64,000 nucleotides of DNA from Desulfobacteraceae bacterium UBA2174. Its GTDB lineage: Bacteria > Desulfobacterota > Desulfobacteria > Desulfobacterales > UBA2174. The first letter of the stretch is position 1. Every line of letters starts with the position of its first letter. The stretch spans positions 13,945 through 77,944 of the forward strand of contig DCWA01000011.1 of assembly GCA_002327445.1 (NCBI GenBank), read 5' to 3'. This document shows, in pieces, positions 10,508 to 19,243 of this stretch. A model generated the notes under the pieces. It searched no databases. It was not told the DNA's origin and saw only the letters and a list, made by a program, of their open reading frames with translations. The translations under genes were made by a program, and so were the position numbers.

Positions 10508-10694
10508 GAATATCTCCGTTGGTTGAAGTAAGTCCCGCCGCTGGCGGTATTTTTTTATCCCCATTAAACAGCGCCGCCTTGATTTCTTCAATATGATTTT
10601 TTCCGGCATGACGATAACTTGAAGTGATAACAGAAAATCCTTTCCGGCGGAGTCGGCGTGAACCGGCAGGGCCGGCGCCGGGAGATCGAAAAGA

Positions 10695-12035
10695 TCAAAA
10701 GCGCTGCGCGCCGTCGAGAAGGCTGAGGAGATCGGTGAAACCGCCCGATCCCAGGCGCCCGGCGGCATCCCCGATGGCTTGCGAAAACGCCGGTGAAAGC
10801 GAGGCAGCGCCGGCGAGGCGGCGAAACTTGGCTTCCAGCGCCGCGTCGTCGAGGGGGTTGGCCGGATCGCCCCGAGGGGTCAGGACGGTTTTTTCGATCC
10901 GCCGGCCGCCGGTTTCCACCGCGACCCGGGCGGGGGTTTGAGCGGGGAAAAGGGCGTCCAGGGCAGGGTCAACGGTCAGCACCACGCGGCGTGCCAAGGC
11001 CACGGACCGCGGATCGTGAAGACTGGTCCAGGAGAGGGGCAGGAGGGCTTCGGCCCCGTGCAAAGCCGCCACGGCGAGGCAGAAGGGGATGCTGTACTGG
11101 GCGCCTTCGATGGTGTCCGGATCGGTTTCGTTGTTGAGGCGCAGGGCACGGGCGAAAGTGTCGACGGTGATCCTTTCGATGGCGGAAGGGTCCGGATGGT
11201 GCTCCGCCAGGATGGCCAGCAGGGCATCGAGGGCCGCATGGCTCCAGCGGCAGCTCGAGTAGGGCTTGAAATAAACGGACTCGACGGCCCGGCCGAAGTC
11301 TTTTCCGGCGAGGATCCGCCGGGCATCGAACCAGTCGGGATGATCGAGAATGTCCAGGGGCCCGGTGAATCCCTCCCGGGCCAGGGCCACGGCGCTGATG
11401 CCCAGCAGCACGGCCCAGGGGATGCCTTCCTTGACATGGTTGCCCATCACCCGCGAGTAGCCCGAGGCGGCGAGATCCGGCGCCTGGACTCCGGCAATGG
11501 CCAGTGCCTGGGCCAGCAAGGACTTCGGAACGCCGTGCAGCCGGCCCACGGCGGCCGCCACCCCGTAGGGGGCCCAGCGTCCCGTGGACAGGGTCGGCAG
11601 GCGGTCGATGTCCCGGGCGGCGGCCACCTGGCAGCCGACCTCGTAACCCACGGCGATGGCCGCCAGAATTTCCGGAGTGGAAGATTCCAGGATCGGCGCC
11701 ACGGCGAAGACCGCCGGAATGACGGCTGCACCCGGATGTCCGGCCGCACCCCGGTGCCCGTCGTCCAGATCCAGGGCGCTGGCCGCGGCGGCATTCACCA
11801 TGGCGGCCGCCGCGGGGGGAAGCCGGTCGCCGGTGAACCAGACGCCGCCTTGCCCCGATCCGAAGGATTGCAGGGCCATGCGGCGCAATGCCCGGGCCGA
11901 GGCGGCCCGGTGGCCGGCGATGGCGGCGCCGATCAGGTCCAGGATGCAGCGTTGGATCGCCTTGCCCGTGGTCCGGGTCAGGTCCCCGGTCTGGAATGCC
12001 AGGGCCGCTTCAGCCAGTTTTTCGGTGGTGTCCAT
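10695..12035 (-). CDS. MmgE/PrpD-family protein (2-methylcitrate-dehydratase-like)
   Basis: 446 aa. ...AASALDLDDGHRGAAGHPGAAVIPAVFAVA... and ...YFKPYSSCRWSHAALDAL... are characteristic of MmgE/PrpD. Confidence 0.85.
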   Translation of the reverse strand: MDTTEKLAEAALAFQTGDLTRTTGKAIQRCILDLIGAAIAGHRAASARALRRMALQSFGSGQGGVWFTGDRLPPAAAAMVNAAAASALDLDDGHRGAAGHPGAAVIPAVFAVAPILESSTPEILAAIAVGYEVGCQVAAARDIDRLPTLSTGRWAPYGVAAAVGRLHGVPKSLLAQALAIAGVQAPDLAASGYSRVMGNHVKEGIPWAVLLGISAVALAREGFTGPLDILDHPDWFDARRILAGKDFGRAVESVYFKPYSSCRWSHAALDALLAILAEHHPDPSAIERITVDTFARALRLNNETDPDTIEGAQYSIPFCLAVAALHGAEALLPLSWTSLHDPRSVALARRVVLTVDPALDALFPAQTPARVAVETGGRRIEKTVLTPRGDPANPLDDAALEAKFRRLAGAASLSPAFSQAIGDAAGRLGSGGFTDLLSLLDGAQRF

Positions 12036-12098
12036 GATCCGGCGTGTTCGCCCATCCGGTGAGGGATGGCGTCTCGTTTGGGTCTATCGTGTCTTGCC

Positions 12099-12389
12099 GT
12101 CATTGCGGACGCAGAGAGACATCTTGCCGGCGCCTGGAGATCCCTCGTCGCGTTCCTCGGGATGACAGCAGGATTGAGCATGGGCGCCCCGGGATGACAT
12201 GGGTTGTTCCTCGGGATGGCGTTTTTTTCCCGTTGTCATTCCGAGCGTCGGCGAGGAATCTGCAGTCGGGAATACGGCGGGAAATGGCGGTGGATTCAAA
12301 GAGACCCCTCGTCGCGTGGCGCCGCGGAATGACAGCAGGATTGAGCATGGGCTCCTCGGGATGACAGCAGGATTGGGCGTGGGCGCCCC
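12099..12389. repeat. Cluster of short GC-rich interspersed (REP/MITE-like) repeats
   Basis: There are three copies of GGRATGACAGCAGGATTGRGCRTGGGC (about 12160, 12326, 12357). There are also arms gagatccctcgtcgcgttcctcgggatgac (12137-12166) and gtcattccgagcgtcggcgaggaatct (about 12236). Both arm types recur as an inverted pair at 62596-62687. Confidence 0.85.
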
Positions 12390-13540
12390 GGTGCGGATTT
12401 TATCGCTTCCCACAAGGTGCGCGCAGTGGGCGCTTCGGCGATCAGCGCCTCGGCCACGCGCCGGCTGGCATCGATCCACGGCTGGGGGTCCACATCGAGG
12501 TAGCTCACCCCGTAGCGGCGCACGTTGGCCGTCTCGTTCTCCGGCTCGGCCCGGGCCACTTCGGCACTGAAAAAATCTCCCGCCTCGTCGCAGGCCTCCG
12601 CCAGGCCGGCTTGCAGCGCCGGGGGGAGGCAGGCGTGGCGCGCTTCGTTGACGGCCACCATCAGGACGGGGGCCACGTCGTTCAGGCAGGAGACGAAGCG
12701 CCCGCGCCGGCAGAACCCCAGGGGATACAGATGCGCCTTGTGGGTGGGCAGCAGGTCCACTTCCCCCCGCAGCCAGGCCCGGCGCACCCGGGGCCACGGA
12801 ATCACCACCGGCCGGGCGCCCAGGCTTTCCCAGAATTTGGCCAGGAGGGCCGATTCGAAAATCCGCACCCGCAAACCGCGCACCTGGTCCGGATGGGTGA
12901 TGGGCCGGGTGGCCAGGATGACCCACTCCAACCCCCGGCGCCAGTTCCAGCGCCGGTTGATCGGCCGGACCCCCTGCTCGATGAGCGGCTGGCGGACCCA
13001 TCGATGGAAGTCGCCGGACTGGAGAAAGGCGGCCTGTTCCGCCGCATCCCTGAACACGTACGGCAGGCTCAAGAGGTCCAGCGCCGGCACCAGATCGCGG
13101 AAGGCCGGCAGATCCTCGATGAACAAATCGATGAGCCCTTCCCGGAGCATGGCGGCCTGGCGGGTCTGGGTGCCCAGAACGTTGGCCTTGAGGGGCACCA
13201 GGGACAGGCGTCCCCGGCTGCGGCGGGCCACCTCCTCGGCGAACCAGGCCGTGCCCCGGCTCTCGGGGCCGGCCACGGTGGTCATGGTCCCCAGGACCCG
13301 CGGGATTTCCGCCTCCTTTTGAAAGAGGTAGCTCAGGGGGCGGCCCAGTACCCGGCACAACTCGGTGAGGGCGGCGATAGAGATGGCCGCCTTGCCGGTC
13401 TCGATCTTGGAAAGCTGCCCCTGGGAGAGCCCGGCTTGCCGGGCCAGCGTCACGGCGGTCATCTCGGCGGCCAGGCGCAGTTCCCGGATCTTGGTGCCCA
13501 CCTGGCGGCGGACCGCCATTTCTTCCGTCGACGAATTCAT
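12296..13540 (-). CDS. Transcriptional regulator: N-terminal XRE-type HTH fused to a TRAP DctP-like solute-binding domain
   Basis: 414 aa. N-terminus is VGTKIRELRLAAEMTAVTLARQAGLSQGQLSKIETGKAAISIAALTELCRVLGRPLSYLF (Cro/C1 HTH). The rest looks DctP-like (...LSLPYVFRDAAEQAAFL..., ...HPDQVRGLRVRIFESALLAKFWESLGARPVVIPW...) with no signal peptide. The last ~30 codons are encoded by the REP cluster. Only a 6-nt gap from the upstream gene. Confidence 0.7.
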   Translation of the reverse strand: MNSSTEEMAVRRQVGTKIRELRLAAEMTAVTLARQAGLSQGQLSKIETGKAAISIAALTELCRVLGRPLSYLFQKEAEIPRVLGTMTTVAGPESRGTAWFAEEVARRSRGRLSLVPLKANVLGTQTRQAAMLREGLIDLFIEDLPAFRDLVPALDLLSLPYVFRDAAEQAAFLQSGDFHRWVRQPLIEQGVRPINRRWNWRRGLEWVILATRPITHPDQVRGLRVRIFESALLAKFWESLGARPVVIPWPRVRRAWLRGEVDLLPTHKAHLYPLGFCRRGRFVSCLNDVAPVLMVAVNEARHACLPPALQAGLAEACDEAGDFFSAEVARAEPENETANVRRYGVSYLDVDPQPWIDASRRVAEALIAEAPTARTLWEAIKSAPGRPRPILLSSRGAHAQSCCHSAAPRDEGSL

Positions 13541-13546
13541 GCCGGC

Positions 13547-14692
13547 TCAGGAAAGATCCTCGACCCGTCTGGACACGTGGATGCCGCGGTCCTCGAGCTG
13601 CGCCAGCACCCGTTCCGCGGGGACATCGACTATGGGCGACAGCACCCCCGGCCGGCGGATTTCCCCTGCCAGCACCATCTGGGTGGCGATGCTGGCGGTA
13701 AACCCCACCGTGCGGTTCATGGCGAAAAGGCCGGTTTCCAGGTCCCGGTAGTCGATCACCTCGTAGGTCAGCCGTTTTTTGACACCGTCCTTCACTCCCC
13801 AGGACTGGACGCGCAGCACGGCCACGTCCCGTTCGTTGTCCCGGTATTGGAGGCGCGGGGCGAGATGGCACACCAGAAACTGGAGTGGTTCGTCTTCCAG
13901 GAGCCCCAGATCCGCCATGACGCGCCAGAAGGCGCAGTGGCCGGGCCAGCGGGCGGCAAAACGGGCCATGTCCCGCAGTTCGGCCCCCAGGCCGAAGCGC
14001 TGGATGAATTCCAGGGCATCGCCGTTGGGATAGGCTTCCATTTCACCCAGGCCGTCCACCGCGATGGTGTGGATATTCTCGGGGCGGAAAATCTGCGTGC
14101 CGGGGATCTCCACGGTTTGCCCGTCCTTGAGGATCCGGGCCGGACGGCGGTAGGCGTTGAGGACGCCTTCCAGGGTCCAGGTGATCTTGTACTTGAGGGC
14201 ATTGTCGGCCGCCGCCGGCTCCGGGACGCCCAGGCCGTAGCTGTAAAGGCCATGCACCGTGTCCAGGCCGCGCACCGCCAGGGCTCCCAGAAACAGGTCG
14301 ATGCCCGGATCCATGCCCATTTCCGGCAGGATGGTGATGCCGTTCTCGCGGGCCTGCCCGTCCAGGTCGGCCACCCAATGGGCGTAGCTGGTGTTGACGA
14401 AGGGGATGCCGACGGCGATGCAGGCTTCGGCCACGGTGTGCGCCAGGAAGGTGGGCAGCATGCACACGGCGATGGCCGCCCCGGTGCTGCGCATCAGCGC
14501 CACCAGATCATCCTTCTTTCGGGCGTCGATCTTCTGCAAACGAACCTTGGGATAGCGGCCCCGCTGGAGAAAGGCTTCCGCCGCGCCGGTGTCCATGTCC
14601 GCGCCGATGATGGCCTCGATCGAATCGCTTTGCGACAGATCGTGGATCACGGCCCTGCCTTGAAGCCCGAGACCGAGCACAAGTACTTTCAT
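13547..14692 (-). CDS. Saccharopine-dehydrogenase-family NAD(P)-binding oxidoreductase
   Basis: Track ORF 13547..14704. I prefer ATG 14692 (MKVLVLGLGLQGRAVIHDL, a Rossmann GxGxxG) with AAGGAG upstream; the first codon of the track ORF is TTG. Length and C-terminal pattern fit saccharopine dehydrogenase-like proteins. Confidence 0.75.
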   Translation of the reverse strand: MKVLVLGLGLQGRAVIHDLSQSDSIEAIIGADMDTGAAEAFLQRGRYPKVRLQKIDARKKDDLVALMRSTGAAIAVCMLPTFLAHTVAEACIAVGIPFVNTSYAHWVADLDGQARENGITILPEMGMDPGIDLFLGALAVRGLDTVHGLYSYGLGVPEPAAADNALKYKITWTLEGVLNAYRRPARILKDGQTVEIPGTQIFRPENIHTIAVDGLGEMEAYPNGDALEFIQRFGLGAELRDMARFAARWPGHCAFWRVMADLGLLEDEPLQFLVCHLAPRLQYRDNERDVAVLRVQSWGVKDGVKKRLTYEVIDYRDLETGLFAMNRTVGFTASIATQMVLAGEIRRPGVLSPIVDVPAERVLAQLEDRGIHVSRRVEDLS

Positions 14693-14716
14693 GTCAGGTT
14701 CCAACTCCTTTCCGGG

Positions 14717-15622
14717 TCAGCCGGGAATGTTTCTCAGGCGCGGGTCCAGGGCATCCCTCAGCCCGTCGCCCAAGAGGTTGATGGACAGGATGGTGAGCAT
14801 GATGGCCAGCCCCGGCAAGGTCACCAGCCACCAGGCATCGGCGATGTACACCCGTCCTTCGGCCAGCATGCGGCCCCAGGTGGGCATGGGCGGCGGCACG
14901 CCCATGCCGAGAAAGGACAGCCCGCTCTCCCAGATGATGATATTGGCCACCCGCACGGTACCCAGCACCAGAATCGGCGACAGCACGTTGGGAAAGACAT
15001 GGCGCAGCAGGATCACCCGGTGGGGCGTGCCCACGCTGCGCGCCGCCATGACGAATTCCTTCTTCTTGATGCTCAGGACGCTGCCGCGAATGGTGCGGGC
15101 GTAGGTCACCCAGTCCGAGAGTCCCAGGACCAGGATCAGGTTGAAGATCGAGTTTCCGAGCACCGCGATCACCGAGATGGTGAGCAGCATGAACGGGTAG
15201 GCCATGAAGACATCCGCCAGGCGCATGATGAAATGGTCCACCCGCCCGCCGTAATAACCCGAGATCAACCCCAGGGCGATCCCCGCCACGCTGGCCACCA
15301 GGACCGCCGAGAAGCCCACCAGGAGGCTCACCCGGCTGCCGTAGAGGATGCGCACCAGCACGTCGCGGCCCAGGTTGTCCGTGCCCAGGGGGTAGGCCAG
15401 GCTGCCGCCTTCCTGCCAGAAGGGTGGGATCAGGCGGGACAGCAGTTCCTGGGCCAGGGGGTCGCGCGGGTAGAGAAGCGGAAAGCCCAAGCTCACGGCG
15501 ATGATGGCGACGAAGAGCAGGCCGCCGATCACCGCGCCGGGGGAACGGCTCAGCGCCTGGAAGGTCTCGGCCCACAAGCGCCAACTGGCGCTGAGGTGGC
15601 GGAAGCGGCCGGCCCCTTTCAC
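14717..15622 (-). CDS. Peptide/opine-type ABC permease (DppC-like), operon 2
   Basis: This is the C-terminal 301 codons of track ORF 14717..15901. The start GTG 15622-15620 (VKGAGRFRHLSASW...) overlaps the stop of the DppB-like gene (GTGA). ...LGTDNLGRDVLVRILYGSRVSL..., AARSVGTPHRVILLRHVFPNVLSPIL. Confidence 0.85.
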   Translation of the reverse strand: MKGAGRFRHLSASWRLWAETFQALSRSPGAVIGGLLFVAIIAVSLGFPLLYPRDPLAQELLSRLIPPFWQEGGSLAYPLGTDNLGRDVLVRILYGSRVSLLVGFSAVLVASVAGIALGLISGYYGGRVDHFIMRLADVFMAYPFMLLTISVIAVLGNSIFNLILVLGLSDWVTYARTIRGSVLSIKKKEFVMAARSVGTPHRVILLRHVFPNVLSPILVLGTVRVANIIIWESGLSFLGMGVPPPMPTWGRMLAEGRVYIADAWWLVTLPGLAIMLTILSINLLGDGLRDALDPRLRNIPG

Positions 15623-16545
15623 TTGGCCTCCAGGTAGCTGATCTGGGGATCGAGGTACAGGTAGACCAGGTCCGTGATCAGGTTGATCAGGACGAAGAGG
15701 ACGGCCAGCACCAGCACCGCCGCCTGGACCAGGGGATAGTCCCGGCTGAAGATCGCCTGGACCACCAGGCGTCCCACCCCCGGCCAGGCGAAGACGGTCT
15801 CGATGATGACCGTGCCGCCGATGAGAAAGCCGAACTGCATGCCGGCCACCGTCACCAGGGGAATCAGGGCGTTCTTGAGGGCATGCTTGCCGATGACCCA
15901 TTGCTCCCGCAGCCCCTTGGCCCGGGCGGTGCGAACGTAATCCTGGCTGAGGACCTCGAGCATTACCGAGCGGGTCAGGCGGGCGAACATGGCCATGAGG
16001 CTCAAGCCGAGGGCCAGTGACGGCATGATCAGGTGCGCCAGGGTCCCCCGGCCGGAGGTGGGCAGCCAGCCCAGGTGGACCGAAAAGAGCAGGATCATCA
16101 TGATGCCCAGCCAGAAATGCGGCATGGAGAGCCCGAAAAGGGCCCCGAGCATGGACGAGACGTCCCAGAACGAGCCGCGCTTGACCGCCGAGACGATCCC
16201 CAGGGGAATGGAGACCACCAGGGCGATGAGCATGGCGGCGCCGGCCAGTTCCAGGCTGGCGGGCAGACGCTCGAAAATCAGGTCGATGGCCGGCACCCGG
16301 TGGTAGAGGGAAGTGCCCAGGTCCCCGCGGACGGCGTGGCTGGCAAAGCGCCAGTACTGCACCGGGAGCGGGTCGTTGAACCCGAGCTGCTCGCGCAGGG
16401 CCTCGACCTCCGCATGGGAGGCGTCCGGGGGCAGCATCAGCATCACCGGGTCGCCGGACAGGTGGATGAAAAAGAAGCTGATGATGGAGATGCCGACGGC
16501 CACGTAGACCGTGTGCCAGAGCCTTTTGAGGATGTAACGGCCCAT
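15619..16545 (-). CDS. Peptide/opine-type ABC permease (DppB-like), operon 2
   Basis: 308 aa. MGRYILKRLWHTVYVAVGISIISFFFIHL...YVRTARAKGLREQWVIGKHALKNALIPLVT... Confidence 0.9.
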   Translation of the reverse strand: MGRYILKRLWHTVYVAVGISIISFFFIHLSGDPVMLMLPPDASHAEVEALREQLGFNDPLPVQYWRFASHAVRGDLGTSLYHRVPAIDLIFERLPASLELAGAAMLIALVVSIPLGIVSAVKRGSFWDVSSMLGALFGLSMPHFWLGIMMILLFSVHLGWLPTSGRGTLAHLIMPSLALGLSLMAMFARLTRSVMLEVLSQDYVRTARAKGLREQWVIGKHALKNALIPLVTVAGMQFGFLIGGTVIIETVFAWPGVGRLVVQAIFSRDYPLVQAAVLVLAVLFVLINLITDLVYLYLDPQISYLEAK

Positions 16546-16703
16546 GGGTCAGGATCCGGGTTCAAGGTTCAAAATTCCAGGTTTCGGGTTTGAAAGGACC
16601 CAAAGGACCCGGTTTCGAATTTCGAGTTTCCAGGTTCCGCCGGGTGCCGGATGATTTTCCCCCCATCCGGCGCCCGAGCGCTCAAGACGTCGACCCGCCC
16701 CGC

Positions 16704-18200
16704 TTACTTCTTCGGCTTGGCGGTGCTCATGATGAGGTAGCCATCCCGCAACCCCTTGTAATCGACGGCGTTGGAGACGGCAAAGACCTCCGGAATCACG
16801 TAGAGGTACACCCAGGGAGCGTCCTCGTACAGGAAGCGGTCCAGCTCGTTGTAGACCTTGACCCGGGCCGCCGGATCCATGGTGGAGCGGCCCTTGTCCA
16901 GGAGCTGGTCCACGGTTTCGTTCTTGTAGTAGTAGTCGCGGCTCTTGGAGTGGAACAGCGAATACATGTAGCGGTCCGGCTCCGGTGCGTCATCCCAGAA
17001 GTAGATGTACATCTGGTGCAGCTTCTTCTTGTAGCGGTCCCACATCACGGCGCGCTCGAAGGGCTCGAGGGTCGCCTTGATGCCCACCTTGGCCAGGTCC
17101 GCGGCGATGGCTTCGGCCTGCTCCTGGATCTGGGGCATGTAGGTGCCGTAGGCCAGCCGGGTCTCGAAGCCATTGGGGTAGCCCGCGTCGGCCAGGATCT
17201 TCTTGGCTTTTTCCGGATCATAGGCATAAGGCTTGAGGGACGGGTCGGCACCGAGGGTCCGCGGGCTGATGGGGCCGGCGCAGAGGATGGCCTTGCCGTT
17301 GAAGAGGGCCTTGTTGATCAGCGGCCGGTTGACGGCGTGGTTGACCGCCTGGCGCACCCGCACATCGCTGAAGGGCTTCTCGTAGGTGTTGAGGCCCAGG
17401 TAGTTCATCGAGCCCATCTGGTCGGTCAGGTACGCCTTGCCCGAATCCAGAATCTTCTGGCGTTGGTGTACCGGCACACCGCTGATGACGTCCGCTTCCC
17501 CGGTGAGCAGGGCGGCGATGCGGGACGACTCTTCGGGGACCCCCTTGAAAATCAACTTCTTGTACGCTGGTTGGGGGCCGTAGTACTTGTCGTAGGCCGA
17601 CATCACGATCTCCTGGCCCTTGACCCACCGATCCAGCTTGTAGGCCCCGCAACCCACGGGTTTGAGGTTGAACTCGGCGTCGCCGACCTGTTGGACGTAT
17701 TTGGGCGGAACGATGAACAGGTACTGGGCCAGCATGTAGAGGCCCGGGGCGTAGGGTTGGTGCATGGAGATGGTGAAGGTGCGGTCGTCGATCACCTTCA
17801 CTTCCTTGAAGCTGTTGAGTTTCCCCTTGTGGGGGCTCTTGAGGGTATCGCTCATGATGCGATCGAAGGAAAATTTCACCGCTTCGGCGTTGATGGGTTC
17901 GCCGTTGTGAAAGGTGGCCCCTTTGACCAGGGTGAATTTCCAGGTCAGATCGTCCACCGCCTCCCATTTTTCGGCCAGCCCCGGTTTGACCGTGGCGTCT
18001 TCCTGGGGCTTGAGCAGGGTGTCATGGATGTTGTAGCCGACGCTCATGGTGGTCTGGATGGAACTCTGCATGATGTCCAGCCCCACCGGCTCCGCCTCCT
18101 GAACCACCACCAGCGTGTCTCCGGCCGCTGCTGCCGGCCCGGCGTAAAGCAGGGCGGCGATGGCGAGCGACACGATGATCCACATCCCGTTCCGTTTCAT
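16704..18200 (-). CDS. Family-5 substrate-binding protein, operon 2
   Basis: Track ORF 16704..18269, trimmed to ATG 18200 (AAGGAG RBS). Signal peptide MKRNGMWIIVSLAIAALLYAGPAAAA. ...WKFTLVKGATFHNGEPINAEAVKFSFDRI.... Clearly paralogous to the operon-1 SBP but divergent, roughly one-third identical by eye. Confidence 0.9.
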   Translation of the reverse strand: MKRNGMWIIVSLAIAALLYAGPAAAAGDTLVVVQEAEPVGLDIMQSSIQTTMSVGYNIHDTLLKPQEDATVKPGLAEKWEAVDDLTWKFTLVKGATFHNGEPINAEAVKFSFDRIMSDTLKSPHKGKLNSFKEVKVIDDRTFTISMHQPYAPGLYMLAQYLFIVPPKYVQQVGDAEFNLKPVGCGAYKLDRWVKGQEIVMSAYDKYYGPQPAYKKLIFKGVPEESSRIAALLTGEADVISGVPVHQRQKILDSGKAYLTDQMGSMNYLGLNTYEKPFSDVRVRQAVNHAVNRPLINKALFNGKAILCAGPISPRTLGADPSLKPYAYDPEKAKKILADAGYPNGFETRLAYGTYMPQIQEQAEAIAADLAKVGIKATLEPFERAVMWDRYKKKLHQMYIYFWDDAPEPDRYMYSLFHSKSRDYYYKNETVDQLLDKGRSTMDPAARVKVYNELDRFLYEDAPWVYLYVIPEVFAVSNAVDYKGLRDGYLIMSTAKPKK

Positions 18201-19243
18201 ACGCTTTCTCCTTTGTCTTGGGGTTGAAGCCGGATTTCCGTTCGGGAAGCCGGCGGCTGCACGATCCATTCCTCGTGGTCGTTGTACAGGTGACAGCAGA
18301 CGCGATGGCCCGCGGCCAGACGGCGCATGCGGGGGGGCTCCTCCCGGCAGATGGCCATGGCTTCCGGGCAGCGGGGGTGAAAGTGGCAGCCCGGTGGCGG
18401 ATGGATGGGCGAGGGGACATCCCCCTGCAAGACGATGCGCCGGCGCCGGCGCCGGGGATCCGGCAAGGGCACCGCCGAGAGCAGCGCCCGGGTGTAGGGG
18501 TGGGCCGGTTGGTCATAGATGGTTTTCACATCCGCCATTTCCACCAGGCGGCCCAGGTACATGACGCCGACCCGGTGGCTGACGTAGCGGATCACCGACA
18601 GGTCGTGGGAAATGAACAGGTAGGAGAGCTTGAGTTGCCGCTGCAACCGGACCATGAGGTTGAGCACCTGGGCGCGCACCGACACATCCAGGGCCGATAC
18701 CGGTTCGTCGCCGATCACCAGCCGGGGCTGGAGCACCAGGGCCCTGGCCACGCAGATTCGCTGGCGTTGACCGCCGGAAAACTCGTGGGGAAATCGGGTC
18801 ATGTATTCGGGCAGCAACCCCACGGTTTCCAGCGCTTCGGCTACTCTTTGCTTGCGTTGGCCGCTGGCGAGGTCTTCGTAGTTCAGCAGCGGCTCCTCCA
18901 CGATGCGTTCCACCGTCATGCGCGGATTGAGCGAGCCGAACGGATCCTGAAAGACGATCTGCATCTTGCGCCGATGGGTACGCAACCGCTCGGGGGACAA
19001 TGCCGGCAGGTTTTCGCCCTCGAACCAGACCTCGCCGGAAGTGGGTTCGATGAGCCGCAGGATGCTGAAGCCGGCGGTGGACTTGCCGCATCCGGATTCA
19101 CCCACCAGGCCGAGGGTTTCGTTTTCCGCGATGTTGAAAGAAATGTCGTCCACCGCGCGAACCGCAGCTCCCTGGCGGCCCCAGAAGCCCTGCCGCAGGG
19201 GAAAATGCTTCACCAGGTGGCGCACCGCGAGCAGCTCAGCCAT
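18197..19243 (-). CDS. ABC ATP-binding protein (OppF-like), operon 2
   Basis: 348 aa. Walker [10 protein letters not shown], signature [15 protein letters not shown], Walker [13 protein letters not shown]. Confidence 0.9.
   Translation of the reverse strand: MAELLAVRHLVKHFPLRQGFWGRQGAAVRAVDDISFNIAENETLGLVGESGCGKSTAGFSILRLIEPTSGEVWFEGENLPALSPERLRTHRRKMQIVFQDPFGSLNPRMTVERIVEEPLLNYEDLASGQRKQRVAEALETVGLLPEYMTRFPHEFSGGQRQRICVARALVLQPRLVIGDEPVSALDVSVRAQVLNLMVRLQRQLKLSYLFISHDLSVIRYVSHRVGVMYLGRLVEMADVKTIYDQPAHPYTRALLSAVPLPDPRRRRRRIVLQGDVPSPIHPPPGCHFHPRCPEAMAICREEPPRMRRLAAGHRVCCHLYNDHEEWIVQPPASRTEIRLQPQDKGESV

Noticed and set aside
10533-10560. Hairpin plus T-run (cccgccgctggcggtattttttt) read as a plus-strand terminator between the PrpD-like and M20 genes
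   Set aside because: Both neighbouring genes are on the minus strand, where the element reads A-run then hairpin, which is not a terminator. The stem is only 5-6 bp.
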